Part shown: piece by piece, positions 7,112 through 16,330 of the stretch
How the letters are laid out: each line of letters begins with the position of its first letter
Numbering within the stretch: the first letter of the stretch is position 1
Source: Okeania sp.
GTDB lineage: Bacteria; Cyanobacteriota; Cyanobacteriia; Cyanobacteriales; Microcoleaceae
Direction: 5' to 3'
Length of the DNA: 28,889 nucleotides
Assembly: GCF_035285525.1 (NCBI RefSeq)
Contig: NZ_JAYKGW010000110.1
Coordinates: forward strand, 1 to 28,889
Program-made: the position numbers and the translations under genes
Notes under the pieces: model-generated
Databases searched by the model: none
Told to the model about the DNA's origin: nothing
What the model saw: the letters and a program-made list of their open reading frames with translations, nothing else

Positions 7112-7150
7112 TGTAGAGACTTTCCCAAGAAAGTCTCTACATTTTCTTTT
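7112..7150. terminator. Intrinsic-terminator-like hairpin (12-bp perfect stem, 6-nt loop, T-run)
   Basis: tgtagagacttt cccaag aaagtctctaca is followed by ttttctttt on the plus strand. The minus strand also has a T-rich tract after the stem, so it could close the minus-strand serC-like operon as well. Confidence 0.6.
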
Positions 7151-7233
7151 CCAGATTATAATATTAAATCTGGTTCAAAAACATCACAATCAATAAACCA
7201 AAATAATGATTATGAACTAACTGAATCTATATT

Positions 7234-7335
7234 AGGACTTACCCACGCGAAACCCGGTTTCGCTGGATAAATCCTTGTTTTGAGCAATAGACATCTACGA
7301 GAAACCGGGTTTCTAGGTTCTCCTGCGTAAGTCCT
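7234..7335. mobile_element. ~100-bp MITE, AGGACTTAC ... GTAAGTCCT termini with internal GAAACCCGGTTTC / GAAACCGGGTTTC motifs
   Basis: The terminal inverted repeats match the 6877-6947 element. It lies 10 nt downstream of the serC-like stop. Confidence 0.7.
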
Positions 7336-7345
7336 GTATATAGAA

Positions 7346-8458
7346 TCAAGCAGATTTTTGATAGTTAGTTTTTTGAGCAAACTTGTCCATAAATTCGATT
7401 AGATGTTGAACTGCATCTAAAGTGACAGCATTATAAAGACTGACACGACATCCTCCCTTAGTACGATGTCCTGCTACACCAACAAGTCCAGATGCAAACG
7501 CTTCCTGAATAAACTCTTGTTCCAAGCTTCTTGTCGGCAATGTAAAAACTACATTCATCATCGATCGCGACTCAACTTCGACAGGACAATTAAATAAAGG
7601 TGTCGCATCAATAAAATCATAGAGAGCAGAAGATTTTTGCCAATTAATCTTCTCCATTGCTTCCACACCACCAATATCTTCCTCTATCCAGCGCAAAATA
7701 TGCCACATCATATAGATAGAAAAACAGGGAGGTGTATGATAGTTAGACTTGCGTTCGATATGGGTACGATAGTCTAAAAGTTCTGGTATATCGTCCGGAC
7801 TATTTGCCAAAATACTCTTTCGGATCACAACCGCAGTCACCCCTGAAAGTCCGACATTTTTCTGAGCGTGTGCATATATACAAGCACAGGGAGAAGGATC
7901 GATCGCCTTACTCAAAAAGTCAGAACTCATATCAGCAACTATGGGAATTGGAACTTCAGGGAAGTCCTTAAATTGAGTTCCGACAACAGTATTATTAGTG
8001 CAAAGATGTAAATATTTAGCACCAGAGCGTGTTTGAATACTGTCAGAGCTAGGCACATAAGTATGGTCGTGATCGCCTGATTCAGCAATAATCTTTAAAT
8101 CTCGACCCAAACTTTTAGCTGCTTTAATAGCTTTTTCCGCCCAATATCCGGTATCAATATAATCTATCTTATCTCCGGGATGAGATAAATTCATTGGGAC
8201 CATCAGAAATTGTAGCGAACCTCCCCCTTGAAGAAATATCACTTCAAAGTCATCGGGCAAATTCATCATTCTCTTAATTCGAGCAGCACTGTCATCAATA
8301 ATATGCTGAATCTCATCTGTGCGATGGCTTAATTCCATCACACTCATACCTGTATTATTGTAGTTAAACCATTCCGAGTGAACTCGCTCCAGCACAGGTA
8401 AAGGTAAGGCACCAGGACCTGCATAAAAATTGTCAACTCTATCTTTTCTATGTTTCAT
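7346..8458 (-). CDS. serC: Phosphoserine aminotransferase (SerC family, class V aminotransferase)
   Basis: 370 aa, colinear with E. coli SerC as I remember it. Shared segments are FYAGPGALP, VMELSHR, FLQGGGSLQF, IYAHAQKNVGLSGVTAVVIR (PLP lysine), RSMMNVVF and GHRTKGGCRVSLYNA. Confidence 0.9.
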   Translation of the reverse strand: MKHRKDRVDNFYAGPGALPLPVLERVHSEWFNYNNTGMSVMELSHRTDEIQHIIDDSAARIKRMMNLPDDFEVIFLQGGGSLQFLMVPMNLSHPGDKIDYIDTGYWAEKAIKAAKSLGRDLKIIAESGDHDHTYVPSSDSIQTRSGAKYLHLCTNNTVVGTQFKDFPEVPIPIVADMSSDFLSKAIDPSPCACIYAHAQKNVGLSGVTAVVIRKSILANSPDDIPELLDYRTHIERKSNYHTPPCFSIYMMWHILRWIEEDIGGVEAMEKINWQKSSALYDFIDATPLFNCPVEVESRSMMNVVFTLPTRSLEQEFIQEAFASGLVGVAGHRTKGGCRVSLYNAVTLDAVQHLIEFMDKFAQKTNYQKSA

Positions 8459-9447
8459 TGAGGTTTCTGTGCAGTAATTATATTTAGCTGTGTAGGTAAA
8501 AGAATTTGTTTGTGATTCTCAAAACCAACATTGGTCAACCAAGAAACAACTTCTTCACCCGTAAAATCTCCAGCTCGAGGACTGAAAGCAATTTTCACAT
8601 ACATATCCATCATCGTGTCTAAGAAATGCTTTTCCTTGTTTTCCCCTATCTGGGTAAAATCTTGCACAATAACCAGTCCTCCTGGTTGTAATACCTCAAA
8701 AGCACGAGCACAGATTTTACGGTTTTCCTCTTCATTAGTAACAACGAATACTCCCGAAATCAGAACGACATCATAATCTGTATCTAATTCTATAGTGTGA
8801 AAATTTCCCTCTTTGAGAATGACACGATCGCTCACCTTCTTTTCTTCTACTTGCTTTTGAGCCAACTCTAAAGGTTCTTTTGCATCCAAAAGGCAGACTT
8901 GAAGATTAGGATAAGCTTGGCAAAGTGGTATGCTATAACTACCCATACCACCGCCTACATCAAGTAATTTCTTTCGTCCTGTCAAATCTGTATTTTGAAT
9001 CAGATTGTTTATTTGACCAGACTCTGCACGGTTATGTTGTCCGTAGATATAGTCTCTCCAGTAAGTCGGAGCATCTACAAAACCATTCTCAAAGGGTAGT
9101 TCTGTTCGCCCTTCTATAATCAATTGGTCTAACTTTCCCCAAGTTGACCAATAATTTGTGATGTGTAGTGCCAAGTCACCCAGATAATCAACTTTACCTG
9201 GTATCAGACGATCTGATGTATCTTGAGTGTTTTTGTACTCATTCCCATTTTTTTCTAGGAAACCCAAAACTACACAAGCTTCTAAAAAAGCGCGGGTAAA
9301 TTTGGGGTCGCTATTGAAATATTTGATAATAAATTCATCGGAACAAGGTTGCTTTTCTTCCAGGAGTGAAAAGATTCCTAATTTTATTCCTGCCCTAAGA
9401 ACAGCAGTATTCCAAAATTGATAAATTGTCTCGTAAGCAATGCTCAT
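8455..9447 (-). CDS. Class I SAM-dependent methyltransferase, O-methyltransferase-like (N-terminal helical/dimerisation region)
   Basis: 330 aa. It has LLDVGGGMGSYS (GxGxG motif I), an acidic LLD after beta-2 and VLQPGGLVIVQD. Its stop overlaps the serC-like start by 4 nt (ATGA). Confidence 0.85.
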   Translation of the reverse strand: MSIAYETIYQFWNTAVLRAGIKLGIFSLLEEKQPCSDEFIIKYFNSDPKFTRAFLEACVVLGFLEKNGNEYKNTQDTSDRLIPGKVDYLGDLALHITNYWSTWGKLDQLIIEGRTELPFENGFVDAPTYWRDYIYGQHNRAESGQINNLIQNTDLTGRKKLLDVGGGMGSYSIPLCQAYPNLQVCLLDAKEPLELAQKQVEEKKVSDRVILKEGNFHTIELDTDYDVVLISGVFVVTNEEENRKICARAFEVLQPGGLVIVQDFTQIGENKEKHFLDTMMDMYVKIAFSPRAGDFTGEEVVSWLTNVGFENHKQILLPTQLNIITAQKPQ

Positions 9448-9801
9448 TATTTTCGTTACTTTATTAACGTCACACAGTAATATTTTGTAGAGACCCTGTA
9501 TTTAACATCTCTACTACTGCAACCAGATACTTGGCCACTATAAATTTAGAGGTAAAATTTAATAATGCCAAATTTCTAAAGATGGAAGTATACCCCTACT
9601 ATTAGTCTTAAACAAAAAGGTTTAATCCTCTTGCTGGAACCAACTTTATTTTTAGGACATTTCACATCATATAACGAATAAAAAATATAGGCAAATTAAA
9701 AATTTTTTGTATATAAAACACTATTAGTTTTCTAGACAATGGATGATACAAAGAAATAAGTCTAAAATTCTGAATATACTAACAAAAAAATCTAAAATCT
9801 A

Positions 9802-12729
9802 ATGGTTGAAGCAAAATCCTATAAAGACACTGTAAACCTGCCCCAAACCAACTTTAATATGAGGGCAAACTCAGTCACCCGCGAACCAGAACTCCAAAAG
9901 TTTTGGGCAGAATCACAAATCTATGAACGTCTCTCAGAAACTAACCCAGGGGAAATCTTCACCCTACATGATGGCCCACCTTATGCTAATGGCAACCTAC
10001 ATATTGGCCATGCCATGAATAAAATCCTCAAAGATATTATCAATCGCTATCAAATTCTCCAAGGGCGAAAAGTACGTTATGTTCCTGGTTGGGACTGCCA
10101 CGGTTTACCCATCGAATTAAAAGTTATTCAAAATCTGAAATCAGCAGAAAGGGCAAAACTCACACCTATCGAACTGCGTCGCAAAGCTAGAGATTTTGCT
10201 CTGGAAACTATAGACAAACAACGGGAGTCATTCAAACGTTATGGAGTTTGGGGAGACTGGGAAACTCCCTACATGACTCTTTCTCCAGAATATGAAGCTG
10301 CTCAAATTGGGGTTTTTGGCAAAATGGTTTTGGAAGGCTACATTTATCGTGGTCTCAAACCTGTACATTGGAGTCCGAGTTCTCAAACTGCTCTCGCGGA
10401 AGCAGAACTGGAATATCCTGAAGGGCACAAATCTCCCAGTATCTACGCTGCTTTTAAAATTACGAAACTAACGGAAGCAGTTGCAGAGTCTCTCACACCT
10501 TATCTGGAAAAACTCTGGGTTGCGATCTGGACGACGACACCTTGGACGATACCTGGTAACTTGGCAGTCAGCGTTAACCCCGACTTGGATTATGCTATTG
10601 TTGAACCTGATGCTGACTATCCGATGGGAAAAAACAAATTATTTATAGTTGCAGCGGAAGCAGTGGAACGTTTGTCGGCAACTCTCAATACAACGTTAAC
10701 TCCTGTAGCAACGGTCAAAGGTAAAGACTTAGAAAACTGCACTTACCAACATCCACTGTTTGAGCGGGAAAGTAAAATAGTTATTGGTGGCGACTACGTT
10801 ACTACTGACTCAGGTACAGGTTTAGTTCACACCGCTCCCGGTCACGGTCAGGAAGACTATATTGTAGGGCAACGTTATGGTTTACCAATTTTGTCACCTG
10901 TAGATGGCAATGGAAAATTTACTGCGGAAGCGGGAGAGTTTGCCGGGTTAAAGGTACTTGATGAAGGCAATGCTGCCATCATTGAAGCACTGCAAAATGT
11001 TCATTCTCTCTTGAAAGAGGAACCCTACGAACACAAATATCCTTACGATTGGCGTACCAAAAAACCGACTATTTTCCGAGCAACCGAACAATGGTTTGCT
11101 TCTGTGGAAGGTTTCCGGAATGAAGCACTTAAGGCGATCGCTAATGTTAACTGGATACCTGCTCAAGGAGAAAACCGGATTACTCCAATGGTAAGCGATC
11201 GCTCTGATTGGTGTATTTCTCGACAAAGAAGTTGGGGTGTTCCTATTCCTGTTTTTTATAACGAGGAAACTGGGGAACCTTTGATGACTGAGGAAACGAT
11301 CGCTCATGTGCAAAAAATTGTTGCGGAAAAAGGTTCTGATGCTTGGTGGGAAATGTCGGTAGCGGAACTTTTACCGGAAACCTATCGCCAAGATGCTGAT
11401 AAGTACCGCAAAGGTATGGATACAATGGATGTTTGGTTTGATTCTGGTTCATCTTGGGCAGCGGTTGCTCAACAACGGGAAGGTTTGAAATATCCGGTTG
11501 ATATATATTTGGAAGGTTCGGATCAACATCGCGGTTGGTTTCAGTCAAGTTTGTTGACGAGTATTGCGACTAATGGTGTTGCACCATATAAAACTGTTTT
11601 GACTCATGGTTTTGTGCTGGATGAAAACGGTCGCAAAATGAGTAAGTCTCTAGGAAATGTGGTAGATCCGGCAATAGTTATCGAAGGCGGTAAAAATCAA
11701 AAACAAGAACCTCCTTATGGTGCAGATATTTTGCGTTTGTGGGTTTCTTCGGTTGACTATTCTTCTGATGTTCCCCTGGGTAAAAATATTCTCAAGCAAA
11801 CAGCAGATATTTATCGCAAAATTAGAAACACGGCGCGATTTTTATTAGGAAATATCCATGATTTCGATCCAGAAAAAGATGCTGTTGCTTATGAAGAAAT
11901 GCCAGAGTTAGACCGTTATATGTTGCATCGAATGACAGAGGTATTTGCTGAAATCAAGGATGGTTTTGAAAAGTTTCAATATTTCCGCTTTTTTCAAACA
12001 ATTCAAAATTTCTGTGTGGTAGATTTATCTAATTTTTATTTAGATATTGCTAAAGACAGACTTTATATTAGTGCAACGGATGCTTTCAGACGTCGTAGTT
12101 GTCAAACAGTTTTAGCTGTCGCTGTGGAAAACTTGGCAAAAGCCATCGCTCCAATTTTACCTCATACAGCAGAAGATATTTGGCAAAATCTTCCGTATCC
12201 GACTCCCTACAAATCTGTATTTGAGTCTGGATGGATAAAATTAGACGAAAAATGGCATAATCCAGAATTAATTAACTTATGGGAAAAAGTACGAGAAATT
12301 CGCACTGAAGTCAACAAAGTATTAGAAAAAGCCAGAGCAGAAAAAGCTATTGGTGCGCCTCTAGAAGCAAAAGTATTATTGTTTATAAAAGATGCGGAAT
12401 TACGGGAAAAAATGTCAATTTTTAACCCTAAAGCAGAAACAGAAACCTTACCTGAAACAGCAAAAGATATTAAAGCAATGATGCCGGGAAATGGAGTAGA
12501 TGAATTACGTTATTTGTTTATTACTTCTCAAGTAGAAATATTAGAAAATCCAGAAACTTTAACTGATTTAGAATATAAATCTATATCAGATTCTTTAGGA
12601 ATAGGAGTAGTTAAAGCAGATGGTCATAAATGCGATCGCTGTTGGAATTATTCTACTCATATTGGTGTTTTCTCAGAAGACCCCACAATTTGTGAACGTT
12701 GTGTTATTGCTTTAGCAGGAGAATTTTAA
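9802..12729 (+). CDS. ileS: Isoleucine--tRNA ligase
   Basis: 975 aa. It has PYANGNLHIGHAMNK (HIGH), RKMSKSLGN (KMSKS), an editing-domain insertion and a C-terminal CDRCWNY ... CERC zinc finger. Confidence 0.97.
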   Translation: MVEAKSYKDTVNLPQTNFNMRANSVTREPELQKFWAESQIYERLSETNPGEIFTLHDGPPYANGNLHIGHAMNKILKDIINRYQILQGRKVRYVPGWDCHGLPIELKVIQNLKSAERAKLTPIELRRKARDFALETIDKQRESFKRYGVWGDWETPYMTLSPEYEAAQIGVFGKMVLEGYIYRGLKPVHWSPSSQTALAEAELEYPEGHKSPSIYAAFKITKLTEAVAESLTPYLEKLWVAIWTTTPWTIPGNLAVSVNPDLDYAIVEPDADYPMGKNKLFIVAAEAVERLSATLNTTLTPVATVKGKDLENCTYQHPLFERESKIVIGGDYVTTDSGTGLVHTAPGHGQEDYIVGQRYGLPILSPVDGNGKFTAEAGEFAGLKVLDEGNAAIIEALQNVHSLLKEEPYEHKYPYDWRTKKPTIFRATEQWFASVEGFRNEALKAIANVNWIPAQGENRITPMVSDRSDWCISRQRSWGVPIPVFYNEETGEPLMTEETIAHVQKIVAEKGSDAWWEMSVAELLPETYRQDADKYRKGMDTMDVWFDSGSSWAAVAQQREGLKYPVDIYLEGSDQHRGWFQSSLLTSIATNGVAPYKTVLTHGFVLDENGRKMSKSLGNVVDPAIVIEGGKNQKQEPPYGADILRLWVSSVDYSSDVPLGKNILKQTADIYRKIRNTARFLLGNIHDFDPEKDAVAYEEMPELDRYMLHRMTEVFAEIKDGFEKFQYFRFFQTIQNFCVVDLSNFYLDIAKDRLYISATDAFRRRSCQTVLAVAVENLAKAIAPILPHTAEDIWQNLPYPTPYKSVFESGWIKLDEKWHNPELINLWEKVREIRTEVNKVLEKARAEKAIGAPLEAKVLLFIKDAELREKMSIFNPKAETETLPETAKDIKAMMPGNGVDELRYLFITSQVEILENPETLTDLEYKSISDSLGIGVVKADGHKCDRCWNYSTHIGVFSEDPTICERCVIALAGEF

Positions 12730-12745
12730 CTGGAGAGCTAGAGCT

Positions 12746-12945
12746 AGACACGGATTCGGGCACGGATAAACGGATTAATTAATAGAGTTGTTGGGAACTC
12801 AGCCCAAAAAATCGCTAAAACCCTTATCAGTCAAGGTTGATAGTGATTTCAATTTTAAAGTCTTAAAAGCTTTATATAGTAAGCTTTTGAGCGTTTTAAT
12901 TTTTTATTTCCAAACAACTCTAATGATTTGGTAGCATCCGTGTCT
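12746..12945. repeat. 200-bp inverted-repeat element (MITE-like or structured RNA) just downstream of ileS
   Basis: Outer arms are agacacggat (12746-12755) and atccgtgtct (12936-12945). Inner arms are tagagttgttgggaa (12783-12797) and ttccaaacaactcta (12908-12922, 14/15). There is an internal hairpin aaaagctt...aagctttt. Confidence 0.55.
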
Positions 12946-12969
12946 GGTTCTTTTCAATTTTAGGAAACT

Positions 12970-13004
12970 AACTGATAACTGATAACTGATAACTGATAAC
13001 TGAT
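12970..13004. repeat. STRR-type heptamer array, AACTGAT x5
   Basis: Perfect tandem copies read directly. The same heptamer array occurs at 24801-24860. Confidence 0.95.
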
Positions 13005-13025
13005 CGGTAATAAACATCTCCAGAA

Positions 13026-13088
13026 AACAGGGAATAGGGAACAGGGAATAGGGAACAGAGAACAGGGAACAGGGAACAGGGAACAGGG
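13026..13088. repeat. STRR-type heptamer array, AACAGGG / AATAGGG x9
   Basis: Nine tandem heptamers with three variant units, read directly. Confidence 0.95.
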
Positions 13089-13371
13089 GGTAATAATTGA
13101 TAATTTATGGATAATAATTGATTCTATTTTTTATTTTTGGAGATGTCTAATAGTGTATTATATCATTTGTTTACCAAAAACAAAAAAATTAAAATAATTT
13201 CTAATAGTATCGTTTGTGTATAAAATCAAGGTGAAAATGGCAAAAAAGCTTGTGCCTTCAGCATAAGTGCCTTCTGCCTTCCTGCCACCAAAGTCTAATT
13301 ATTCAACCGGACATGATATAATTTCCCTAAAAATTGTCCACCCTACAAATTTTTTATCTGGAAGTTATTCT

Positions 13372-13977
13372 ATGTCTTACAGTCAGTTCAACACCATTAG
13401 CAGCGTTAAAACAGCTTTTAACTTAACAGTAGTTGAAGGCGATCGCTTTTTGCCAGAAGTTGAAGCGATCGCTCCTTCCCCTACCCTCTCTGACTATCTA
13501 CAAGAAACCTTACCCATTGTCGCCACATCTGGCAGTGAAAAAGCACGTTCGGAAGGTATTATTTACCCAGTGCTTTTAGAAGTAAGACGAGCGTTAGACC
13601 GTAAAGTTAGTCTCTTTTCTGGGGAAGAATTTAATGTCGATCAGTCAGTTGGTTTAAATGGGGTCTGTGATTTTTTGCTAACTCGCTCGAAGCAAGTTAT
13701 AGAAATTGAAGCACCAGCAGTTGTAGTGGTAGAAGCGAAGAAGACCGATATGAAAACAGGGTTTGGTCAATGTATGGCAGAGATGGTTGCTGCTCAACGG
13801 TTTAATGAAATGCAAAATTCTCCTATTCCTACAATCTATGGTAGTGTAAGTAATGGGATGCAATGGCAGTTTATGAAGTTAGTTGAATCATTTCTGACTA
13901 TAGATCTTAATGTCTATTCTTTGCCACCAGTAGATCGAATTTTAGGCGATCTCGTGTGGATGACTGGAGAAAATTAA
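13372..13977 (+). CDS. PD-(D/E)XK nuclease-fold protein (HsdR-N-terminal-like domain family common in cyanobacteria)
   Basis: Preferred start is ATG 13372 (MSYSQFNT, 201 aa) rather than the GTG at 13267. CDFLLTRSK ... VVVVEAKKTDMKTGFGQCMAEMVAAQ gives D ... EAK. It is a paralogue of 16331-16948. Confidence 0.7.
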   Translation: MSYSQFNTISSVKTAFNLTVVEGDRFLPEVEAIAPSPTLSDYLQETLPIVATSGSEKARSEGIIYPVLLEVRRALDRKVSLFSGEEFNVDQSVGLNGVCDFLLTRSKQVIEIEAPAVVVVEAKKTDMKTGFGQCMAEMVAAQRFNEMQNSPIPTIYGSVSNGMQWQFMKLVESFLTIDLNVYSLPPVDRILGDLVWMTGEN

Positions 13978-14290
13978 ACGGAAAATTTCTACGTCTTGCT
14001 CTTTTCAATTTTAGGGAAGCTCCAGAAATTTTTAGGATATCCTCCAGAAAAAAATTCGTTTTAGTCAATCCTCTTCTTTACAGAATTTTGGAACTCTATG
14101 AAATACAGAGTAAATGGTGAAAAAAAATGTAGTGGGAGCATCTTGCCGGCCACGGGTGTACCTGAATACAACGGGAAGCGCTGTATTAAGAAGAGATAAT
14201 TATTAATTGTTAATTATTAGTTATAAAAAACTTTCCTGTATACTATAACTATGTAAGATTATTATAATTTGTAATTATTAACTAACTATA

Positions 14291-15079
14291 ATGAAAGAAA
14301 TAATTAACGACATTTTAACTAACTTAAGTCAGATTAAACTACCAGCGCCATCATATTTTGATTCTCTAAAAACTTACACAGTTAAAAAAGTATCAGATGC
14401 CGATACCATTGATGTTATTGATAATGATTCTGATACAGAAATGACGATTCGTTTCGTTTATATTGATGCTCCAGAAACTTCCAAAGGATGGGGAGATTCA
14501 CAAGTAGAAAAAATGAACCGTAAATATGAAAATCCCCTTTATCGTAGTCAATTTGAATGGGGAGAAAAAGGCACAGAAAGACTCAAAGAATTAGTTGAAA
14601 AAAGTAATAATCAAGTTAAACTTAAAATTACTGGAGAAGAAAAAAGACCAGGGCGATCGCCTCGTTTTTTTGGAGAAGTTTATTTATTAGATGGTACTTT
14701 TGTGCAACACCTTTTAGTACAAGAAGGTTTAGCTCGAATTTATTATGATTATATTAGTGAATGCCCAAGAGAAAACGCAATTATGTTATTTTTAGCTGAA
14801 GCTGATGCTCAAATAAATCAACGAGGAATATGGCAAGAACTCCAATCAGAATTTATCGCACCTTGGTTATTTCGTTCACTAAAAAACAAACAAAAAAAGT
14901 TTCTCAAAAATATTAGTAAAGAATTAGAAGAAGCTGAAATAGAAAGTCAATTCGAGTCTAAATTACAGCAGCAAAATAAAATTTTATCAACTCTTTTTGT
15001 AGACCTAAAAAATGGTATAATTACTCAACCTGAATTTGAGGATAAATGCAAAAAAGAACTGAATAATTTATTTGTATAA
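14291..15079 (+). CDS. Staphylococcal-nuclease-fold (thermonuclease-like) protein with C-terminal coiled region and SHOCT-like tail
   Basis: 262 aa. It has VSDADTIDV, IRFVYIDAPET, GRSPRFFGEVY, LVQEGLARIY and RGIW in SNase order. The tail reads LKNGIITQPEFEDKCKKEL. There is no N-terminal hydrophobic signal. Confidence 0.8.
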   Translation: MKEIINDILTNLSQIKLPAPSYFDSLKTYTVKKVSDADTIDVIDNDSDTEMTIRFVYIDAPETSKGWGDSQVEKMNRKYENPLYRSQFEWGEKGTERLKELVEKSNNQVKLKITGEEKRPGRSPRFFGEVYLLDGTFVQHLLVQEGLARIYYDYISECPRENAIMLFLAEADAQINQRGIWQELQSEFIAPWLFRSLKNKQKKFLKNISKELEEAEIESQFESKLQQQNKILSTLFVDLKNGIITQPEFEDKCKKELNNLFV

Positions 15080-15150
15080 TAATTAGTTTTTCAGTGTAAC
15101 ACAGGCATCTTGCCTGTGATAGATAAATGTACTATAGCCTCAAGAATAGG

Positions 15151-15397
15151 TAGGGCTTGCTGAATAAATATAAAAAGATTTATAAAGCAAGTTTTCAGCC
15201 TTTTTATATCTGGAAAAAGTACCTGTTTTTTGGCTCTTCGTAGTCAAAAAGGAGTGTATTTTTGGCAAGAGTATGTCAGAAAATCAAGGGACGATTATTC
15301 TGACTACCTCTTCTATAATCCCCCTGAATTCTGGATTGCAGGATTGCTGGATTCTGACTTCTATTCTTAACCACTCATACTTTTTCAGCAAACCCTA
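15151..15397 (+). mobile_element. ~247-bp MITE, termini TAGGGCTTGCTGAA ... TTCAGCAAACCCTA
   Basis: It has terminal inverted repeats. Its interior is homologous in inverse orientation to 21250-21492 (for example gaaaatcaagggacgattattctgactacctcttctataat). Confidence 0.8.
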
Positions 15398-15432
15398 AGT
15401 ATAATAAATATATTCAAAATTGAGGTAATCTT

Positions 15433-16071
15433 ATGAACAACCTCCAAACCAAATTACCAATAGATGTCTGGCTAACAGCTACTTGGGATGAATACATTCA
15501 AACTGTTGAGAAACAAGAAAAAGCTAAATGTTATTATCACAATGGACAACTAAGAATTGAAATGGCTCCCCAAGGTTACGACCATTCTTACAATAACTTT
15601 TCTGTCGGAGCTGCTGTAGCTTTATTCAGTGGTATTAAAGCTATTCCTCTGGTAGGAGTTACTAACTGTTCTTTCCGAAAAATTGGTACAGCAGAAGTAC
15701 AACCAGACTTGGCATTCTACATTGGTGAAAATGCAGAAATTATCCCCCCGGATACAACTATTATCGACCTAAATATTTATCCACCTCCCGATTTAATAAT
15801 TGAAATTGCCAAAACATCTTTTTCTGATGATATTGGTAGTAAAAGAATGCTTTATGAAAAACTAAACTGTAGAGAATACTGGGTAGTAAATGTAGCTTAT
15901 GCTCAACTAATTGCTTTTGAAATTGTTTCTGGTGGGAGTAGAGCGATCGACAAATCACAAGTTTTACCCCCATTACCTTTTAGCTTACTTGAAGAAGCAT
16001 TGCGTCGGTGTCGAACAACAGGCCGGAGTCAGATATATGCTTGGTTAATTAGCCAAATTCAAAATATTTAA
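15433..16071 (+). CDS. Uma2 (DUF820) family PD-(D/E)XK endonuclease-like protein
   Basis: 212 aa with QPDLAFYIG, DLIIEIAKTS and EYWVVN, the usual Uma2 motif order. Confidence 0.85.
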   Translation: MNNLQTKLPIDVWLTATWDEYIQTVEKQEKAKCYYHNGQLRIEMAPQGYDHSYNNFSVGAAVALFSGIKAIPLVGVTNCSFRKIGTAEVQPDLAFYIGENAEIIPPDTTIIDLNIYPPPDLIIEIAKTSFSDDIGSKRMLYEKLNCREYWVVNVAYAQLIAFEIVSGGSRAIDKSQVLPPLPFSLLEEALRRCRTTGRSQIYAWLISQIQNI

Positions 16072-16089
16072 TGATTGAAAAATTATAGT

Positions 16090-16285
16090 GCTTTTTGCAA
16101 AGAAACCCGGTTTCTTGAAGAAACCGGGTTTCTGGTTCCCCTGCACAAGTTTTATATCTTCAAAAATTATATAAACTTTGTATCTAGAAACATTCCATAG
16201 AACATCTCTACATTTATTTTGCAGAAAAATCCGTGACTCACACGGAAGAAACCCGGTTTCTCTGAGAAACCCGGTTTCTGGAACC
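16090..16285. repeat. Composite repeat: GAAACCCGGTTTC hairpin units flanking a decayed GTAGAG...CTCTAC-type palindrome
   Basis: There is a 15-bp perfect hairpin at 16101-16133 (agaaacccggtttct tga agaaaccgggtttct) and a tandem pair at 16247-16279. A palindrome remnant lies at ~16184-16211. Track ORF 16045-16287 is a translation of these repeats. Confidence 0.75.
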
Positions 16286-16330
16286 AAAATCTTCTAGTAA
16301 TTTACCCAAATGAAAACTGCTGTAAAAATT

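Noticed and set aside
12970-13088. Tandem repeat blocks (also 21649-21705 and 24801-24860) as possible CRISPR arrays.
   Set aside because: They are contiguous 7-nt units with no spacers, so they are STRR-type microsatellites. The 241-nt-period repeats at 25.6 kb are far too long-period and lack unique spacers of CRISPR size.
13267-13371. GTG-initiated 35-codon extension of ORF 13267-13977.
   Set aside because: The paralogue at 16331-16948 is ~205 codons and aligns from the ATG at 13372. The extension has no counterpart.
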